A stretch of DNA of 64,000 bases from positions 25,233-89,232 of the forward strand of contig JBDRBG010000013.1 of the NCBI GenBank assembly GCA_043823005.1, in the 5' to 3' direction. The notes below the pieces were generated by a model that saw only the letters and a list, made by a program, of their open reading frames with translations, did no database searches and was not told the DNA's origin. The DNA is from Candidatus Omnitrophota bacterium. GTDB lineage: Bacteria > Omnitrophota > Gorgyraeia > Tantalellales > Tantalellaceae. The position numbers were made by a program, and so were the translations under genes. Positions 53,955 to 64,000 of the stretch are shown in pieces (positions within the stretch are counted from its first letter, which is position 1; every line of letters begins with the position of its first letter).

Positions 53955-55229
53955 GTGAATATTTTGGTTATAGGTTCAGGCGGCAGGGAACATGCCTTAT
54001 GCTGGAAATTAAAACAAAGTACTTTTACTGAATCAATATATTGCGCGCCCGGGAACGGCGGGACTTCTCAAGAAGCTGTTAATGTAGAGCTGGATGTTGC
54101 TCAGCATAAAAAAGTGACGGATTTTTGCAAAGAAAAAAACATTGATTTAGTAGTTGTAGGCCCTGAAGCGCCGCTGGCGCTTGGTATGGCAGATGATCTA
54201 GAAAGAGCGGGAATAAAGGTTTTTGGGCCGTCTTATGCCGGCGCAAGGATGGAATCCAGTAAGATTTTCGCGAAAGAGCTCATGGGAAGATATAACATTC
54301 CAACAGCCGCTTTTAGAATATTTGAGGATTTTAAACAGGCGGAGGAATATATTAATTCTAAAGGGGCGCCTATAGTGGTTAAAGCTTACGGGCTTGCCGC
54401 GGGCAAAGGCGTAATAATCGCGGAAACAATCGAAGATGCAGTTAAAGCCGCGGAAGATATGCTTGTGAAAAACCGGTTTGGTTCTGCCGGCCAAAAAATA
54501 ATAGTCGAAGAGTTTTTGACAGGAGAAGAAGCTTCTATTTTGATAATAACGGACGGTACAAATATTATACCTCTTGTTACCAGCCAGGATCACAAAAGGG
54601 TTTATGACGGAGACAAAGGGCCTAACACAGGAGGGATGGGAGCTTATTCACCGGCGCCTATTGTTAGCGAAGAACTTTTTGATGAAGTAATGGAAAAAAT
54701 AGCGCGTCCTACTATTGATAGCCTGCGGAATGAAGGGATCACGTATAAAGGAGTTCTGTATATCGGGTTAATGATAACGGATGCCGGGGTCAAGGTTCTT
54801 GAATATAACGTGCGTTTTGGCGATCCGGAAACTCAGGTAGTTGTTCCGCGTTTAAAATCAGATTTAGCGGAGCTTTTAATGCGAGCCGCAGAAGGAGACA
54901 TATCCGGGCTGGAACTTGAATGGGATAAAAAAGAATATGTATGTGTTGTATGCGCTTCAGCAGGATACCCGGGTGATTATGATAAAGGCAAACTGATCAC
55001 CGGACTGGACGAGGCCAGGAAACTGGGAGCCCTGGTGTTTCATGCCGGAACACAAGTAGAGGACAACGGAATTGTAACTTTCGGAGGACGGGTACTTAAT
55101 GTAGTCGGATGCGGAGAAGGAATACAGCAGGCAATAGAAAATACATATAAAGCTGTTAAACAAATAAATTTTGAAGGAATGCATTTTCGAAAAGATATCG
55201 GGCACAGGGCAGTTGCAAATAGTCGTTAG
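53955..55229 (+). CDS. purD: Phosphoribosylamine-glycine ligase
   Basis: GSGGREHAL, GLAAGKGV, QDHKR..DGDKGPNTGGMGAY, RFGDPE. Confidence 0.98.
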   Translation: MNILVIGSGGREHALCWKLKQSTFTESIYCAPGNGGTSQEAVNVELDVAQHKKVTDFCKEKNIDLVVVGPEAPLALGMADDLERAGIKVFGPSYAGARMESSKIFAKELMGRYNIPTAAFRIFEDFKQAEEYINSKGAPIVVKAYGLAAGKGVIIAETIEDAVKAAEDMLVKNRFGSAGQKIIVEEFLTGEEASILIITDGTNIIPLVTSQDHKRVYDGDKGPNTGGMGAYSPAPIVSEELFDEVMEKIARPTIDSLRNEGITYKGVLYIGLMITDAGVKVLEYNVRFGDPETQVVVPRLKSDLAELLMRAAEGDISGLELEWDKKEYVCVVCASAGYPGDYDKGKLITGLDEARKLGALVFHAGTQVEDNGIVTFGGRVLNVVGCGEGIQQAIENTYKAVKQINFEGMHFRKDIGHRAVANSR

Positions 55230-55360
55230 TCGTTGGTCGTTCGTTGTTAATAGCCCTCTCCCGACGGCGAACCTCACCCGTCATTGCGAGGAGGAACGAA
55301 GTGACGACGCGGCAATCTCGATAAAAATCAAAAGAATACAATAAAAAAAGGAGATTTAAT

Positions 55361-55858
55361 ATGGCGGAGAAAACAATAGTAAGTATAGTTATGGGGAGCG
55401 ATTCGGATCTTCCTGTTATGAAAGAGGCAAGCAGTATGCTTAAAAAATTTGATATAACGCATGAAGTTAAGATCTTTTCCGCGCACAGGTCGCCTGATAT
55501 GACAGCTGAATTCGCGAAAACAGCGCGGCAGAGAGGAATAAAGATCATTATAGCAGGCGCAGGAGGGGCCGCTCATCTGGCAGGTATAATTGCCGCGCAT
55601 ACAACACTTCCTGTAATAGGCGTACCTATGGAAAGCAGATTAGATGGAATAGATTCGCTTCTGTCAACAGTACAAATGCCTGCAGGGGTTCCTGTTGCCA
55701 CGGTGTCTGTGGGCAAGCCCGGGGCGATAAATGCCGCGATATTATCCGCGGAGATTCTGGGAGTTCATGATAAAGATATTGAAAAAAAACTGGAAGAGCA
55801 CAAAAAAGAGCTTGTTCGTAAAATAGAAAATAAAAACAAGGAAATACAAAGCACTTGA
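55361..55858 (+). CDS. purE: N5-CAIR mutase
   Basis: [33 protein letters not shown]. Confidence 0.98.
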   Translation: MAEKTIVSIVMGSDSDLPVMKEASSMLKKFDITHEVKIFSAHRSPDMTAEFAKTARQRGIKIIIAGAGGAAHLAGIIAAHTTLPVIGVPMESRLDGIDSLLSTVQMPAGVPVATVSVGKPGAINAAILSAEILGVHDKDIEKKLEEHKKELVRKIENKNKEIQST

Positions 55859-55875
55859 TGTTTGGAATAAATGAT

Positions 55876-56337
55876 ATGAAAAATATAAAGAAAATATTAT
55901 TTGTGTGCACGGGAAACAGCTGTCGCAGTATAATGGCAGAAGCATATTTAAAAGAACGGATTAAAGAGGAAAACCTTTTAATTGAAGTCAGGTCTGCCGG
56001 TACATCGGGAATGGACGGATCTTTGCCTACAAGAGAGACGCTTAGCGTACTCAAAGAAGACGGAATCGTTGTGGAAGGATATGAATCCAAAATGCTGACA
56101 GAAGATTTTGTCAAATGGGCGGATCTGATTTTAGTTATGGAACCCCGACATCAAGAAAGGATTCAGGATATTCTGCCCGGTTGCGGTGAAAAAGTTCATG
56201 GCCTGGCTGAATTTGATAAAGAAGCGCGGGAAAGAATAGTATACGATCCCATAGGCGGGACTCTTGATTTTTACAGAAAGACTTTTGAACGGATAAAAAG
56301 TGCAATCGAGGAGTTGATATTATGGCTAAAACAATAG
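55876..56337 (+). CDS. Low-molecular-weight protein phosphatase (YwlE/PtpA-like)
   Basis: FVCTGNSCRS P-loop, SAGT, ADLILVM, DPIGG; position upstream of rpiB-glyA as for ywlE. Start chosen at MKNIKK. Confidence 0.85.
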   Translation: MKNIKKILFVCTGNSCRSIMAEAYLKERIKEENLLIEVRSAGTSGMDGSLPTRETLSVLKEDGIVVEGYESKMLTEDFVKWADLILVMEPRHQERIQDILPGCGEKVHGLAEFDKEARERIVYDPIGGTLDFYRKTFERIKSAIEELILWLKQ

Positions 56338-56777
56338 TGATAGCGGCTGATCACGGCGGGTTCGCGCTTAAAGAAAAGGTCAAAAAAATTTTAAAGAAAA
56401 GCAGGTATAAGCTGGAAGATAAAGGTACTTTTTCTCCGGAATCATGCGATTATCCGGAATATGGATTTAATGCCGGCCGAATGGTTTCTCAGGGGAAAGC
56501 GTATCGAGCTATAATAATATGCAAGAGCGGTATTGGTATGGCAGTTGTAGCAAACAAACTTCCGGGTGTACGCGCCGGAGTATGTACTTCGGTTGAAGAC
56601 GCAGTTTCTTCTCGACAGCATAATGATACTAATGTGCTGGTTCTTGCGGCAAATAAGACTTCAAAGGAAAAAGCGGAAGAAATCATCAAGGTTTGGCTAA
56701 GAACCAGAACTCTTGGCGGACGCCATAGCCGGCGCGTCAAACAGATCAAGGCTTTGGAGAAGAAGGTTTTTAAATAG
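56322..56777 (+). CDS. rpiB: Ribose-5-phosphate isomerase B
   Basis: ADHGG, DYP, CKSGIGM, ANKLPGVRA, HNDTNVL, GGRHSRR. Confidence 0.97.
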   Translation: MAKTIVIAADHGGFALKEKVKKILKKSRYKLEDKGTFSPESCDYPEYGFNAGRMVSQGKAYRAIIICKSGIGMAVVANKLPGVRAGVCTSVEDAVSSRQHNDTNVLVLAANKTSKEKAEEIIKVWLRTRTLGGRHSRRVKQIKALEKKVFK

Positions 56778-57018
56778 TGAGTAGTTATTAGTGAATGGTG
56801 AATAGTGTTTTGTCCTAAAAATAGACAAAGGGAGATTGCCGTGCTACTCGCTAGGCTTGCGGCTCGCAATGACAAAAGCTTGTTCGTTAGTGCGAAGGCC
56901 GAGGCAAACGAGGTCTGCGGCAATCTCAAAAAAGTGGCAACCTTTTTAGAGTGATACAGAATTAACTAAAACAATCAACGAATTTAACGGCATACGATAC
57001 GATAACGAAAGGAAAGAA

Positions 57019-58281
57019 ATGAGACATTTAAAGAACACGGATCCTGAAATATTTCAGACAATACTTGATGAAACTAAAAGACAGAATCAAGGCATAGAAC
57101 TCATAGCAAGTGAAAATTTTACCAGCCGGGCGGTTATGGACGCGGCAGCATCTTCTATGACCAATAAATACGCTGAAGGTTATCCGCACGCGCGTTATTA
57201 TGGAGGATGCGAATTTGTGGATAAAGCAGAGGATATAGCCATACAACGGGCGAAAAAACTTTTCGGCGCTGAACATGTTAATGTACAGCCTCATTCAGGG
57301 TCACAGGCTAATATGGCGATTTATTTTGCCATGCTGAACATAGGCGATACAGTTATGGCTATGGATCTTGCGTGCGGAGGCCACCTGACACACGGACACA
57401 AAAAGAACTTTTCAGGCAAATATTTTAATATGGTTTTTTACGGTGTAAACAAAGATACTGAAAAACTGGATTTTAATGAGATAAGACAAAAAGCCTTGGA
57501 ACATAAACCAAAAATGATCATAGCCGGCGCTTCCGCGTACCCCCGTACCATAGATTTTAATAAGTTCAGAGAAATCTGTGACGAAATAGGGGCTATCTTA
57601 ATGGTGGATATGGCACACATAGCAGGGTTAGTCGCGGTCGGTCTGCATCCCAATCCTGTGCTTGTCGCAGAGTTTGTGACAACTACTACGCATAAGACTT
57701 TAAGGGGGCCCAGAGCCGGAATGATTCTGTGCAGAGAAGAATATGCTAAAAAAATAAATTCTGAAATATTTCCCGGCATTCAGGGAGGCCCTCTTATGCA
57801 TATTATCGCGGCTAAAGCTGTCGCCTTAAAAGAAGCGCTGGAACCTGATTTTAAAAAATATCAGGAAAGGATCATAAAAAACGCGGGATGTCTTGCGCAG
57901 GAACTGACAAAACATGGATACAGAATCGTTTCCGGCGGTACGGATAATCATCTGATGCTGGTGGACCTTTCGAATAAAGGGATAACAGGGAAAGAAGCGG
58001 AAATCTGTTTGGATAAAGCAGGCATTACCGTGAATAAGAACCTGATTCCTTTTGACGAAAAAAGTCCGTTTATTACCAGCGGGATTAGATTGGGAACTCC
58101 TGCGGTAACAACAAGAGGTATGAATGAAAAAGAAATGATAAAAATAGCGGAGTTGATTGATAAAGCGTTATCTCTACGGGAGGACGAAACCAAACTTAAT
58201 GGCATGCGAAAAGAAGTTCGGGACTTTTTAACGGATTTTCCGTTATATAAAGAACTGATAAATGATATGGAAAATTTATAA
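57019..58281 (+). CDS. glyA: Serine hydroxymethyltransferase
   Basis: [34 protein letters not shown]. Confidence 0.99.
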   Translation: MRHLKNTDPEIFQTILDETKRQNQGIELIASENFTSRAVMDAAASSMTNKYAEGYPHARYYGGCEFVDKAEDIAIQRAKKLFGAEHVNVQPHSGSQANMAIYFAMLNIGDTVMAMDLACGGHLTHGHKKNFSGKYFNMVFYGVNKDTEKLDFNEIRQKALEHKPKMIIAGASAYPRTIDFNKFREICDEIGAILMVDMAHIAGLVAVGLHPNPVLVAEFVTTTTHKTLRGPRAGMILCREEYAKKINSEIFPGIQGGPLMHIIAAKAVALKEALEPDFKKYQERIIKNAGCLAQELTKHGYRIVSGGTDNHLMLVDLSNKGITGKEAEICLDKAGITVNKNLIPFDEKSPFITSGIRLGTPAVTTRGMNEKEMIKIAELIDKALSLREDETKLNGMRKEVRDFLTDFPLYKELINDMENL

Positions 58282-58297
58282 GAGGATCGAGCAAACA

Positions 58298-58804
58298 ATG
58301 AAACAGGAGAATTTGGGAATAAACAAAGAAATAATTTCAGGGAGCCGGGATAGGAACATAAAACGGCCTTCCTGGGATGAATACTTTTTAAGTATATCAA
58401 AACTGGTTGCTACCCGTTCAACGTGTATGAGGCGACAGGTAGGCGCGGTTGTCGTTAAAAACAAACAGATACTTGCTACAGGATATAACGGAGCGCCTTC
58501 AGGCATAAGACATTGTGACGCTGTAGGGTGTATTAGGCAGGAACTTAATGTGCCTTCGGGAGAGCGGCACGAACTTTGCCGTGCTCTTCATGCGGAACAG
58601 AACGCGTTTTTACAGGCCGCCCGGCATGGTGTGAATTTAGACGGCGCTTCATTATATGTTACGACACAACCGTGCAGTATATGCGCTAAGATGATAATAA
58701 ATGCCGGGATAAAGAAGGTCATAATGCAGGGGGCATATCCCGATGAATTAGCTCTTCAGTATTTGCAAGAGGCAAATATTGAGATGAAGGTGGTAAAGCC
58801 GTGA
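58298..58804 (+). CDS. dCMP deaminase family (ComEB-like) zinc deaminase
   Basis: [30 protein letters not shown]. Start uncertain (58298 preferred over 58262). Confidence 0.92.
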   Translation: MKQENLGINKEIISGSRDRNIKRPSWDEYFLSISKLVATRSTCMRRQVGAVVVKNKQILATGYNGAPSGIRHCDAVGCIRQELNVPSGERHELCRALHAEQNAFLQAARHGVNLDGASLYVTTQPCSICAKMIINAGIKKVIMQGAYPDELALQYLQEANIEMKVVKP

Positions 58805-59250
58805 GATGTCCATATTGCAGCAGTATAGAGGATAAGGTTATAGATTCCCGCATGAGCGGCGAGGGGGTCAGTATCCGCAGGAGGAGAGAATGTCTGAAAT
58901 GCGGGAAAAGGTTTACGACATATGAGTATGTTGAAAAAGCTATTTTAATGGTGATAAAGAGAAACGGGACAAGAAAAAAATTTGACAGAGAACGAATAAA
59001 AGAAGGTATAGTTAAAGCATGCGAAAAACGGCCCGTTAGTATGGATAAGATAGACAAGATAGTAGAGGACATAGAAAGGGAAATTCAGAAAAAAGCGGAC
59101 ACAGAAATAAAATCAACAGTAATCGGCAATATGGTTATGAAAGAACTATATGATCTTGACGAAGTCGCGTATGTCCGTTTCGCCTCGGTGTACAGACGGT
59201 TTAAAGATGTTTCTTATTTTATGAAAGAACTCAAAAAGTTTCTGGAATAG
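58801..59250 (+). CDS. nrdR: Transcriptional repressor NrdR
   Basis: [26 protein letters not shown] zinc ribbon, ATP-cone, AYVRFASVY. Confidence 0.98.
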   Translation: MRCPYCSSIEDKVIDSRMSGEGVSIRRRRECLKCGKRFTTYEYVEKAILMVIKRNGTRKKFDRERIKEGIVKACEKRPVSMDKIDKIVEDIEREIQKKADTEIKSTVIGNMVMKELYDLDEVAYVRFASVYRRFKDVSYFMKELKKFLE

Positions 59251-59506
59251 ATCTTTTGATCTTTTTTCTTTTTATTGAGAGGGCATTGACATTCTCTAGG
59301 CTCGCGTCTCATGATCAGGCTATGTCGCAATTCAGATTTCGTCTTTGCGAGGGAGCAAGAGCGACCGCGGCAATCTCCATAATAATATAATTTACCTGCA
59401 AAATTTATATTTTTATTGCTACATGAAAGTGCTTTACGCCAGAGTCGGATCCGCATATTACGGCAGAGAGAGGGCTCCTACTAACGATTCTGCCACCATT
59501 CACTAT

Positions 59507-60952
59507 TTATATTTTATCCAACGGTGTTTTTAAAATCAATTGCGTAGCATTTTCTTTTATCCAGACATCCATGGCAGCGGCTTGTTTTCTTATAAGAAGA
59601 TTCTGTTCGATTGTTTTTTTTTGATCCTCAAAAGCTGTCTCGTCTGCCGGGATTATTTCCTCTATGCGGGCAAGAAGAATACCTTTCTTAATGTTTATCG
59701 GACGAAGCATTTTGCCTTGACCTGTTTTTAAGGCCGCGGATACGAATCTTTCAGCCGGGCCGATATTTTCTATATAACCATCAATGGTTACACTAGAGGA
59801 AACAGCCACGGTTTGTCCGATTTCACGAGCCTTATTTTCAAGAGAAGACGATGAGGATGTTATCTCTTCGTAAAAAGAGTTTGCTTTTTGCTCCGCAAGG
59901 GAGAGACTTTTTCGTTCTTCAAGTTTTTTTTCTATTTCTCCGCGCACTTGAGTAAAAGTCTTATACTTGCGGGGAATGTTTTTGATTTTTCGAAGAATAT
60001 ACACGGACCCGGTATCTCCGGGCGAGAACAGAGGGTCGCTAATAGCGCCTTCTTGCAGAGTAAAAGCCTCTTTGTGAAAATTTTCAAAAAAAGGCACGTC
60101 CGGAATTACCTCGTTTTGAGCGAATGCCGCAGGATTTTTATAATTCAGGTTAGATTGCCGCGAAATATTTTTAAACTGCAGCGGAGACTTTTTTATTCGC
60201 GTTAGAATATTTTTTAACTGTGATGTTTGGGAATTATTCGCATAAGGAAATTCTATGTATTCAATCTCTGCTTTTTCGGGTTCAAAAAAAATATCTTTGT
60301 TCGCGGTATAATAGTTCATGGATTCATCTTCGGATACTGAAGCCTGCGCGGAAAAAAGATCTTTATCTATTAAAAGATATGAAAATTTTACTTTATCATT
60401 ATGCTGTTTGTAATAATCACGCAGTTCCGTTTCTGAGACAGCAATGTTTTTAAGTATACTGCCGCGTAATATTTGGACTGCCAGATTTTGACGAACCAAT
60501 TCTTCGAAATGACGGGGATCCGTTCCGATCGTATTTCGAAGGATATACTGATAGGTTCTTTTATCAAAACTTCCGTTGCGCAGAAAAAGCGGATGCTGAG
60601 AAAGAAAGGCGAGCACATCATTGTTGTTAATACGGATTTTTTTGTCCCGGGATTTGTTAAGCAGAATAAGCCGTTCCCATGCCATATAATTTAACATTGA
60701 TCTGTTCTGAAAAATCTGGTTTAGCGCGTTAAAATTCCCATAATAGGAAAAAAGTATTTGTACTTTTACTCCCAGCCTGCTTTCTTCAATGTCATCCGTA
60801 TAGACCTTATGTTTTCCTATTTGTCCCACAAGCTGGGGACGGTTTTGCAGGCTTCCGACTCCCCATAGGATAAAAGCCGGGATTATTAAAATAAGTATCG
60901 CGGTCATGATGCGTTTAGCAAATTTTTTGCTTCTAAGTATATGAAGTACCAT
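59507..60952 (-). CDS. PpiD/SurA N-terminal-domain periplasmic chaperone
   Basis: N-terminal TM (ILIIPAFILWG), F..NGSFD...Y, VSETELRDYY, degenerate parvulin region. Confidence 0.85.
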   Translation of the reverse strand: MVLHILRSKKFAKRIMTAILILIIPAFILWGVGSLQNRPQLVGQIGKHKVYTDDIEESRLGVKVQILFSYYGNFNALNQIFQNRSMLNYMAWERLILLNKSRDKKIRINNNDVLAFLSQHPLFLRNGSFDKRTYQYILRNTIGTDPRHFEELVRQNLAVQILRGSILKNIAVSETELRDYYKQHNDKVKFSYLLIDKDLFSAQASVSEDESMNYYTANKDIFFEPEKAEIEYIEFPYANNSQTSQLKNILTRIKKSPLQFKNISRQSNLNYKNPAAFAQNEVIPDVPFFENFHKEAFTLQEGAISDPLFSPGDTGSVYILRKIKNIPRKYKTFTQVRGEIEKKLEERKSLSLAEQKANSFYEEITSSSSSLENKAREIGQTVAVSSSVTIDGYIENIGPAERFVSAALKTGQGKMLRPINIKKGILLARIEEIIPADETAFEDQKKTIEQNLLIRKQAAAMDVWIKENATQLILKTPLDKI

Positions 60953-61382
60953 TATTTGATCCTTTCTTATTTTTTAAACAATGTACTAAAAGCTTATTAT
61001 AAGACAAACTGCCTATTGTAAACAAGAGGATAATTAATAACAGTTCTCAGTTAAGGCGGCGGTCGTTTGTAGGAGCCCTTTTTCCGTCGTAATATGTGAA
61101 TCCGCCTTTGGAGGACCGCATCGTCTCTTTCCGCCTGAGGCGGACCCGTCCTTTGGCGGGCGTTCCTTCTCGCAAAAACAAAAAAGATCTATTCCTCCAT
61201 TAGGCTGTGGTGCAATTTAAACTCTGTCTTTGCGAGGGAGCAAAGCGACCGCGGCAATCTCCTTTACAAGAAGAGTATAGACTAATTGTACCCGAGATAT
61301 TATTTTTATTCTTGCTTGCTGTATATGGGCTGTGTTAAATTAAAGCATGGGAACATGACTGAAAGTAAAGAAAGGTGAAAAC

Positions 61383-61598
61383 ATGACAATTCCGGGATAT
61401 ATAGATTATAAAAGAAGAGAGTATTGTAAAGATGTAAGCTGTCCGGTACAAATAGATCTTGATAGTCAGGAACAGGGTTCAGATAAATATGAAGAAATAA
61501 GACAAATATGTAAAGCAGGATGTAAATATACAACATATCAGTTTCATCATTGGCTGATAGAAAAAGGGTACTTGATTGTTAAACAAGGAGGAATATAA
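61383..61598 (+). CDS. 71-aa Cys/His-containing hypothetical protein
   Basis: AAGGTGA RBS; YCKDVSCP...CKAGC...FHHW; 1-bp gap to the aldolase. Confidence 0.8.
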   Translation: MTIPGYIDYKRREYCKDVSCPVQIDLDSQEQGSDKYEEIRQICKAGCKYTTYQFHHWLIEKGYLIVKQGGI

Positions 61599-61599
61599 A

Positions 61600-62394
61600 A
61601 TGGATTGGGGAATGAAAAATCGTTTGAGCAATCTTTTCCAGGCAGACGGACATTGTTTCTTTTTGCCTATAGATCATGGTTATTTTCAAGGGCCTACACA
61701 TTGTTTGGAAAAACCCGGAGAGACTATAGCTCCGCTTCTTAAATATTGTGACGCGCTTTTTGTTACACGGGGCGTATTACGTTCGTGTGTGGAACCGGGC
61801 ATCGAAAAACCCATTATATTAAGGGTTTCCGGAGGCACCAGTGTTGTGGGAAAGGATCTGGCAAATGAGATTTTGACGACTTCTATAGAAGAAATCCTCA
61901 GGCTTAATGTGTCAGCTGTCGGAGTTTCGGTGTTTATCGGAAGCGATTATGAAAAAGAAACATTACGCAATCTCGCGGATCTTGTAAATAAATGTGAAGG
62001 GTACGGTATTCCTGTAATGGCTGTGACTGCGGTAGGAAAAGAGATGGTAAAACGAGAAGCAAGATATCTCGCGTTATGCTGCCGTATTGCCGCGGAATTA
62101 GGCGCAAAAGTGGTAAAAACCTATTGGTGCGCGAAAGATTTTGATAAAGTTATAAAAGGATGTCCGGTACCGGTAGTTATGGCTGGAGGGCCTAAATGTG
62201 AAACAGCGCTTGAAGTTCTGGAATTTGTTTATGACGGTATGCAGAAAGGTTCTGTCGGCATAAACCTGGGAAGAAATGTATGGCAGAACGCTCATCCTGT
62301 TGCTATGGCAAAATCTTTATACGCGGTTATTCATGAAAAAGCTACGCCAAAAGAAGCGTATGAAATATTTAATGAAGAGATCAATAGTCGTTAG
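61600..62394 (+). CDS. lsrF: LsrF-like class I aldolase/thiolase (DhnA family)
   Basis: MDWGMKNRL, DHGYFQGP, AAELGAKVVKTY, VMAGGPK, GRNVWQ. Start at ATG 61600 after a GGAGG RBS. Confidence 0.88.
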   Translation: MDWGMKNRLSNLFQADGHCFFLPIDHGYFQGPTHCLEKPGETIAPLLKYCDALFVTRGVLRSCVEPGIEKPIILRVSGGTSVVGKDLANEILTTSIEEILRLNVSAVGVSVFIGSDYEKETLRNLADLVNKCEGYGIPVMAVTAVGKEMVKREARYLALCCRIAAELGAKVVKTYWCAKDFDKVIKGCPVPVVMAGGPKCETALEVLEFVYDGMQKGSVGINLGRNVWQNAHPVAMAKSLYAVIHEKATPKEAYEIFNEEINSR

Positions 62395-62544
62395 TCGTTC
62401 GTCGTTAGTAGGAGCCCTCTCCTGAGGGCGAACAGAATGAAGGGAAAAGAGAAAAGGAAAAAGTTGGGGAGAGAATTTTTTTCCTCTTTGCGAGGCCTGA
62501 GGCAGACGAAGGCCGCGGCAATCTCGACATAGGAGCAAAATTAT

Positions 62545-63561
62545 ATGAAAGTAGGCGTATACTACAACAACAACGATGTCCGAGTAGAAGAACGTTCTAT
62601 TCCCAAAATAGGGCCGGATGAAGTATTGGTAAAAGTCATTGCCAGCGGTATTTGCGGAAGCGATGTAATGGAATGGTACCGCATAAAAAAAGCTCCTTTA
62701 GTATTAGGACATGAAATATCCGGAGAAATAGCTGAAATAGGAGAAAATGTAGATAGATATAAAATAGGGGACAGGGTATTTGTTGCGCATCATGTGCCGT
62801 GTAATACTTGCCATTACTGCTTGAAGGATGAACAGACTGTTTGCGATACTTTACTTTCTACCAATTATGATCCCGGAGGATTTGCAGAATACATTAGAGT
62901 GCCAGAGATCAATGTGGATCGGGGGATATTTTTGCTTCCCGAAGAATTAACGCATGAACACGGTGTTTTTGCCGAACCGCTTGCTTGTGTCGTACGCGGA
63001 CAAAGAAAAGCAGGAGTAAGACCGGGGCAGAGTGTTCTTATTCTGGGCAGCGGGATGTCAGGATTATTGCATCTTTTATTGGCCCGGGCGCAAGGAGCGG
63101 GCCGGATTATGATGACTGATATAGATGAATTTCGCCTGAAAAAAGCTCAAGAGTTGGGAGCAGACGCTGTTATCAACGCTAAAAGCGATATTCCCGGCCA
63201 GGTAATGGCGCTTAATAGCAGGCTTGCGGATATAGTTATTGTATGTACAAGCGCGTTAACTGCGTTTAATCAGGCAATAAATTCTGTAGATCGAGGCGGA
63301 ATTATTTTATTGTTTGCTCCGTTAGACCCGGATAAATATCTCTCTCTTCCGCTTTTTAATGTTTGGCGTAATGGAACAAAACTAATACCTTCATACGGAA
63401 ACAGCCCTCCGGATGCTGAAGAAGCCATAGAATTAATGCGTTCAAAAAAAGTTTCCATAGACAAACTGATAACCCATAAACTTAAATTAGACGATATAGC
63501 ACAGGGTTTTAATCTTGTCAGCCAGGCCAAAGAATCCATTAAAGTTATTATCTACCCCTGA
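62545..63561 (+). CDS. Zinc-dependent medium-chain dehydrogenase (sorbitol/threonine DH-like)
   Basis: GICGSD, LGHE, CNTCHYC..C structural Zn site, EPLAC, GSGMSG. Confidence 0.93.
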   Translation: MKVGVYYNNNDVRVEERSIPKIGPDEVLVKVIASGICGSDVMEWYRIKKAPLVLGHEISGEIAEIGENVDRYKIGDRVFVAHHVPCNTCHYCLKDEQTVCDTLLSTNYDPGGFAEYIRVPEINVDRGIFLLPEELTHEHGVFAEPLACVVRGQRKAGVRPGQSVLILGSGMSGLLHLLLARAQGAGRIMMTDIDEFRLKKAQELGADAVINAKSDIPGQVMALNSRLADIVIVCTSALTAFNQAINSVDRGGIILLFAPLDPDKYLSLPLFNVWRNGTKLIPSYGNSPPDAEEAIELMRSKKVSIDKLITHKLKLDDIAQGFNLVSQAKESIKVIIYP

Positions 63562-63746
63562 CGTGTTATAAATGGGGACGAGTGTACGCGCTCAACAATT
63601 AAGTAACAGTTCTTAAGGGGGTACTTCCTGCTAACTTCGTCTGTCGTCATTGCTGGAGCATGAGCGACGCGGCAAACTGGGTGGGAAGTAAATGGTGACG
63701 TCCCCATTTATCTAATTTAAACAAAAAAATGTGGTATAATATAACT

Positions 63747-63935
63747 ATGAAAATGGCAAGAAATAAAACTAAACTAATTAAGATGTCTAAAAAGGACAAT
63801 CCTTTTGTTGCCGATTCGCCACAACAATGTATTAGTTTTATGTGGGAACTCACGGCTGAATTGTGGTCATTGCAAGGATCAGAATATGTTAAACGAAGAT
63901 TACAAAGAAATATTACAAATCTTATTAAACAATAA
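63747..63935 (+). CDS. Small hypothetical protein, probable partner of the downstream nucleotidyltransferase
   Basis: ..ISFMWELTAELW..RRLQRNITNLIK; overlaps the next ORF; TGGTATAAT extended -10 upstream. Confidence 0.65.
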   Translation: MKMARNKTKLIKMSKKDNPFVADSPQQCISFMWELTAELWSLQGSEYVKRRLQRNITNLIKQ

Positions 63936-64000
63936 GGTAAAATTCCTTATTGTCGGTGCGTACGCGATGGGCGCGCAAGGCTATCCTCGCGCAACTGGAG
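63886..64000 (+). CDS. Nucleotidyltransferase-like protein, N-terminus (partial)
   Basis: Hand translation MLNEDYKEILQILLNNKVKFLIVGAYAMGAQGYPRATG matches the G-[AG]-x-A...R-x-T-x-D pattern of NTase/AbiEii-like proteins. Confidence 0.75.
   Translation, partial: MLNEDYKEILQILLNNKVKFLIVGAYAMGAQGYPRATG

Overview
Bacterial chromosome window spanning the replication origin (yidC-yidD-rnpA-rpmH divergent from dnaA-oriC-dnaN-dciA-gyrB-gyrA). It continues through glmS, six tRNAs, a complete Rnf complex, purN-eno-ftsB, purBMDE, LMW phosphatase-rpiB-glyA-deaminase-nrdR and an lsrF-like aldolase/dehydrogenase operon. Gene style and the giant ORF suggest Ca. Omnitrophota (inference only). Two things stand out. 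(1) Two large signal-peptide proteins (1397 aa and 4930 aa) appear to share an N-terminal 'RYY' module and a ~200-aa C-terminal domain ending in Ala, but carry different cytoplasmic-type cargo. The 1397-aa protein holds a circularly permuted cofactor-independent phosphoglycerate mutase with nearly all active-site residues intact. The 4930-aa protein holds two degenerate SecA ATPases, about 14 Fis-like HTHs (mostly in tandem pairs) and three methyltransferase-like domains. This suggests a modular exported cargo-carrier/effector system. (2) Intergenic DNA contains more than 20 copies of a REP-like hairpin with covarying stems and conserved tandem G.A pairs, a 30-bp palindrome nested at a fixed site in three copies, and composite repeats bracketing the giant gene. 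No transposase, integrase or CRISPR array is visible. All alignments were made by eye.
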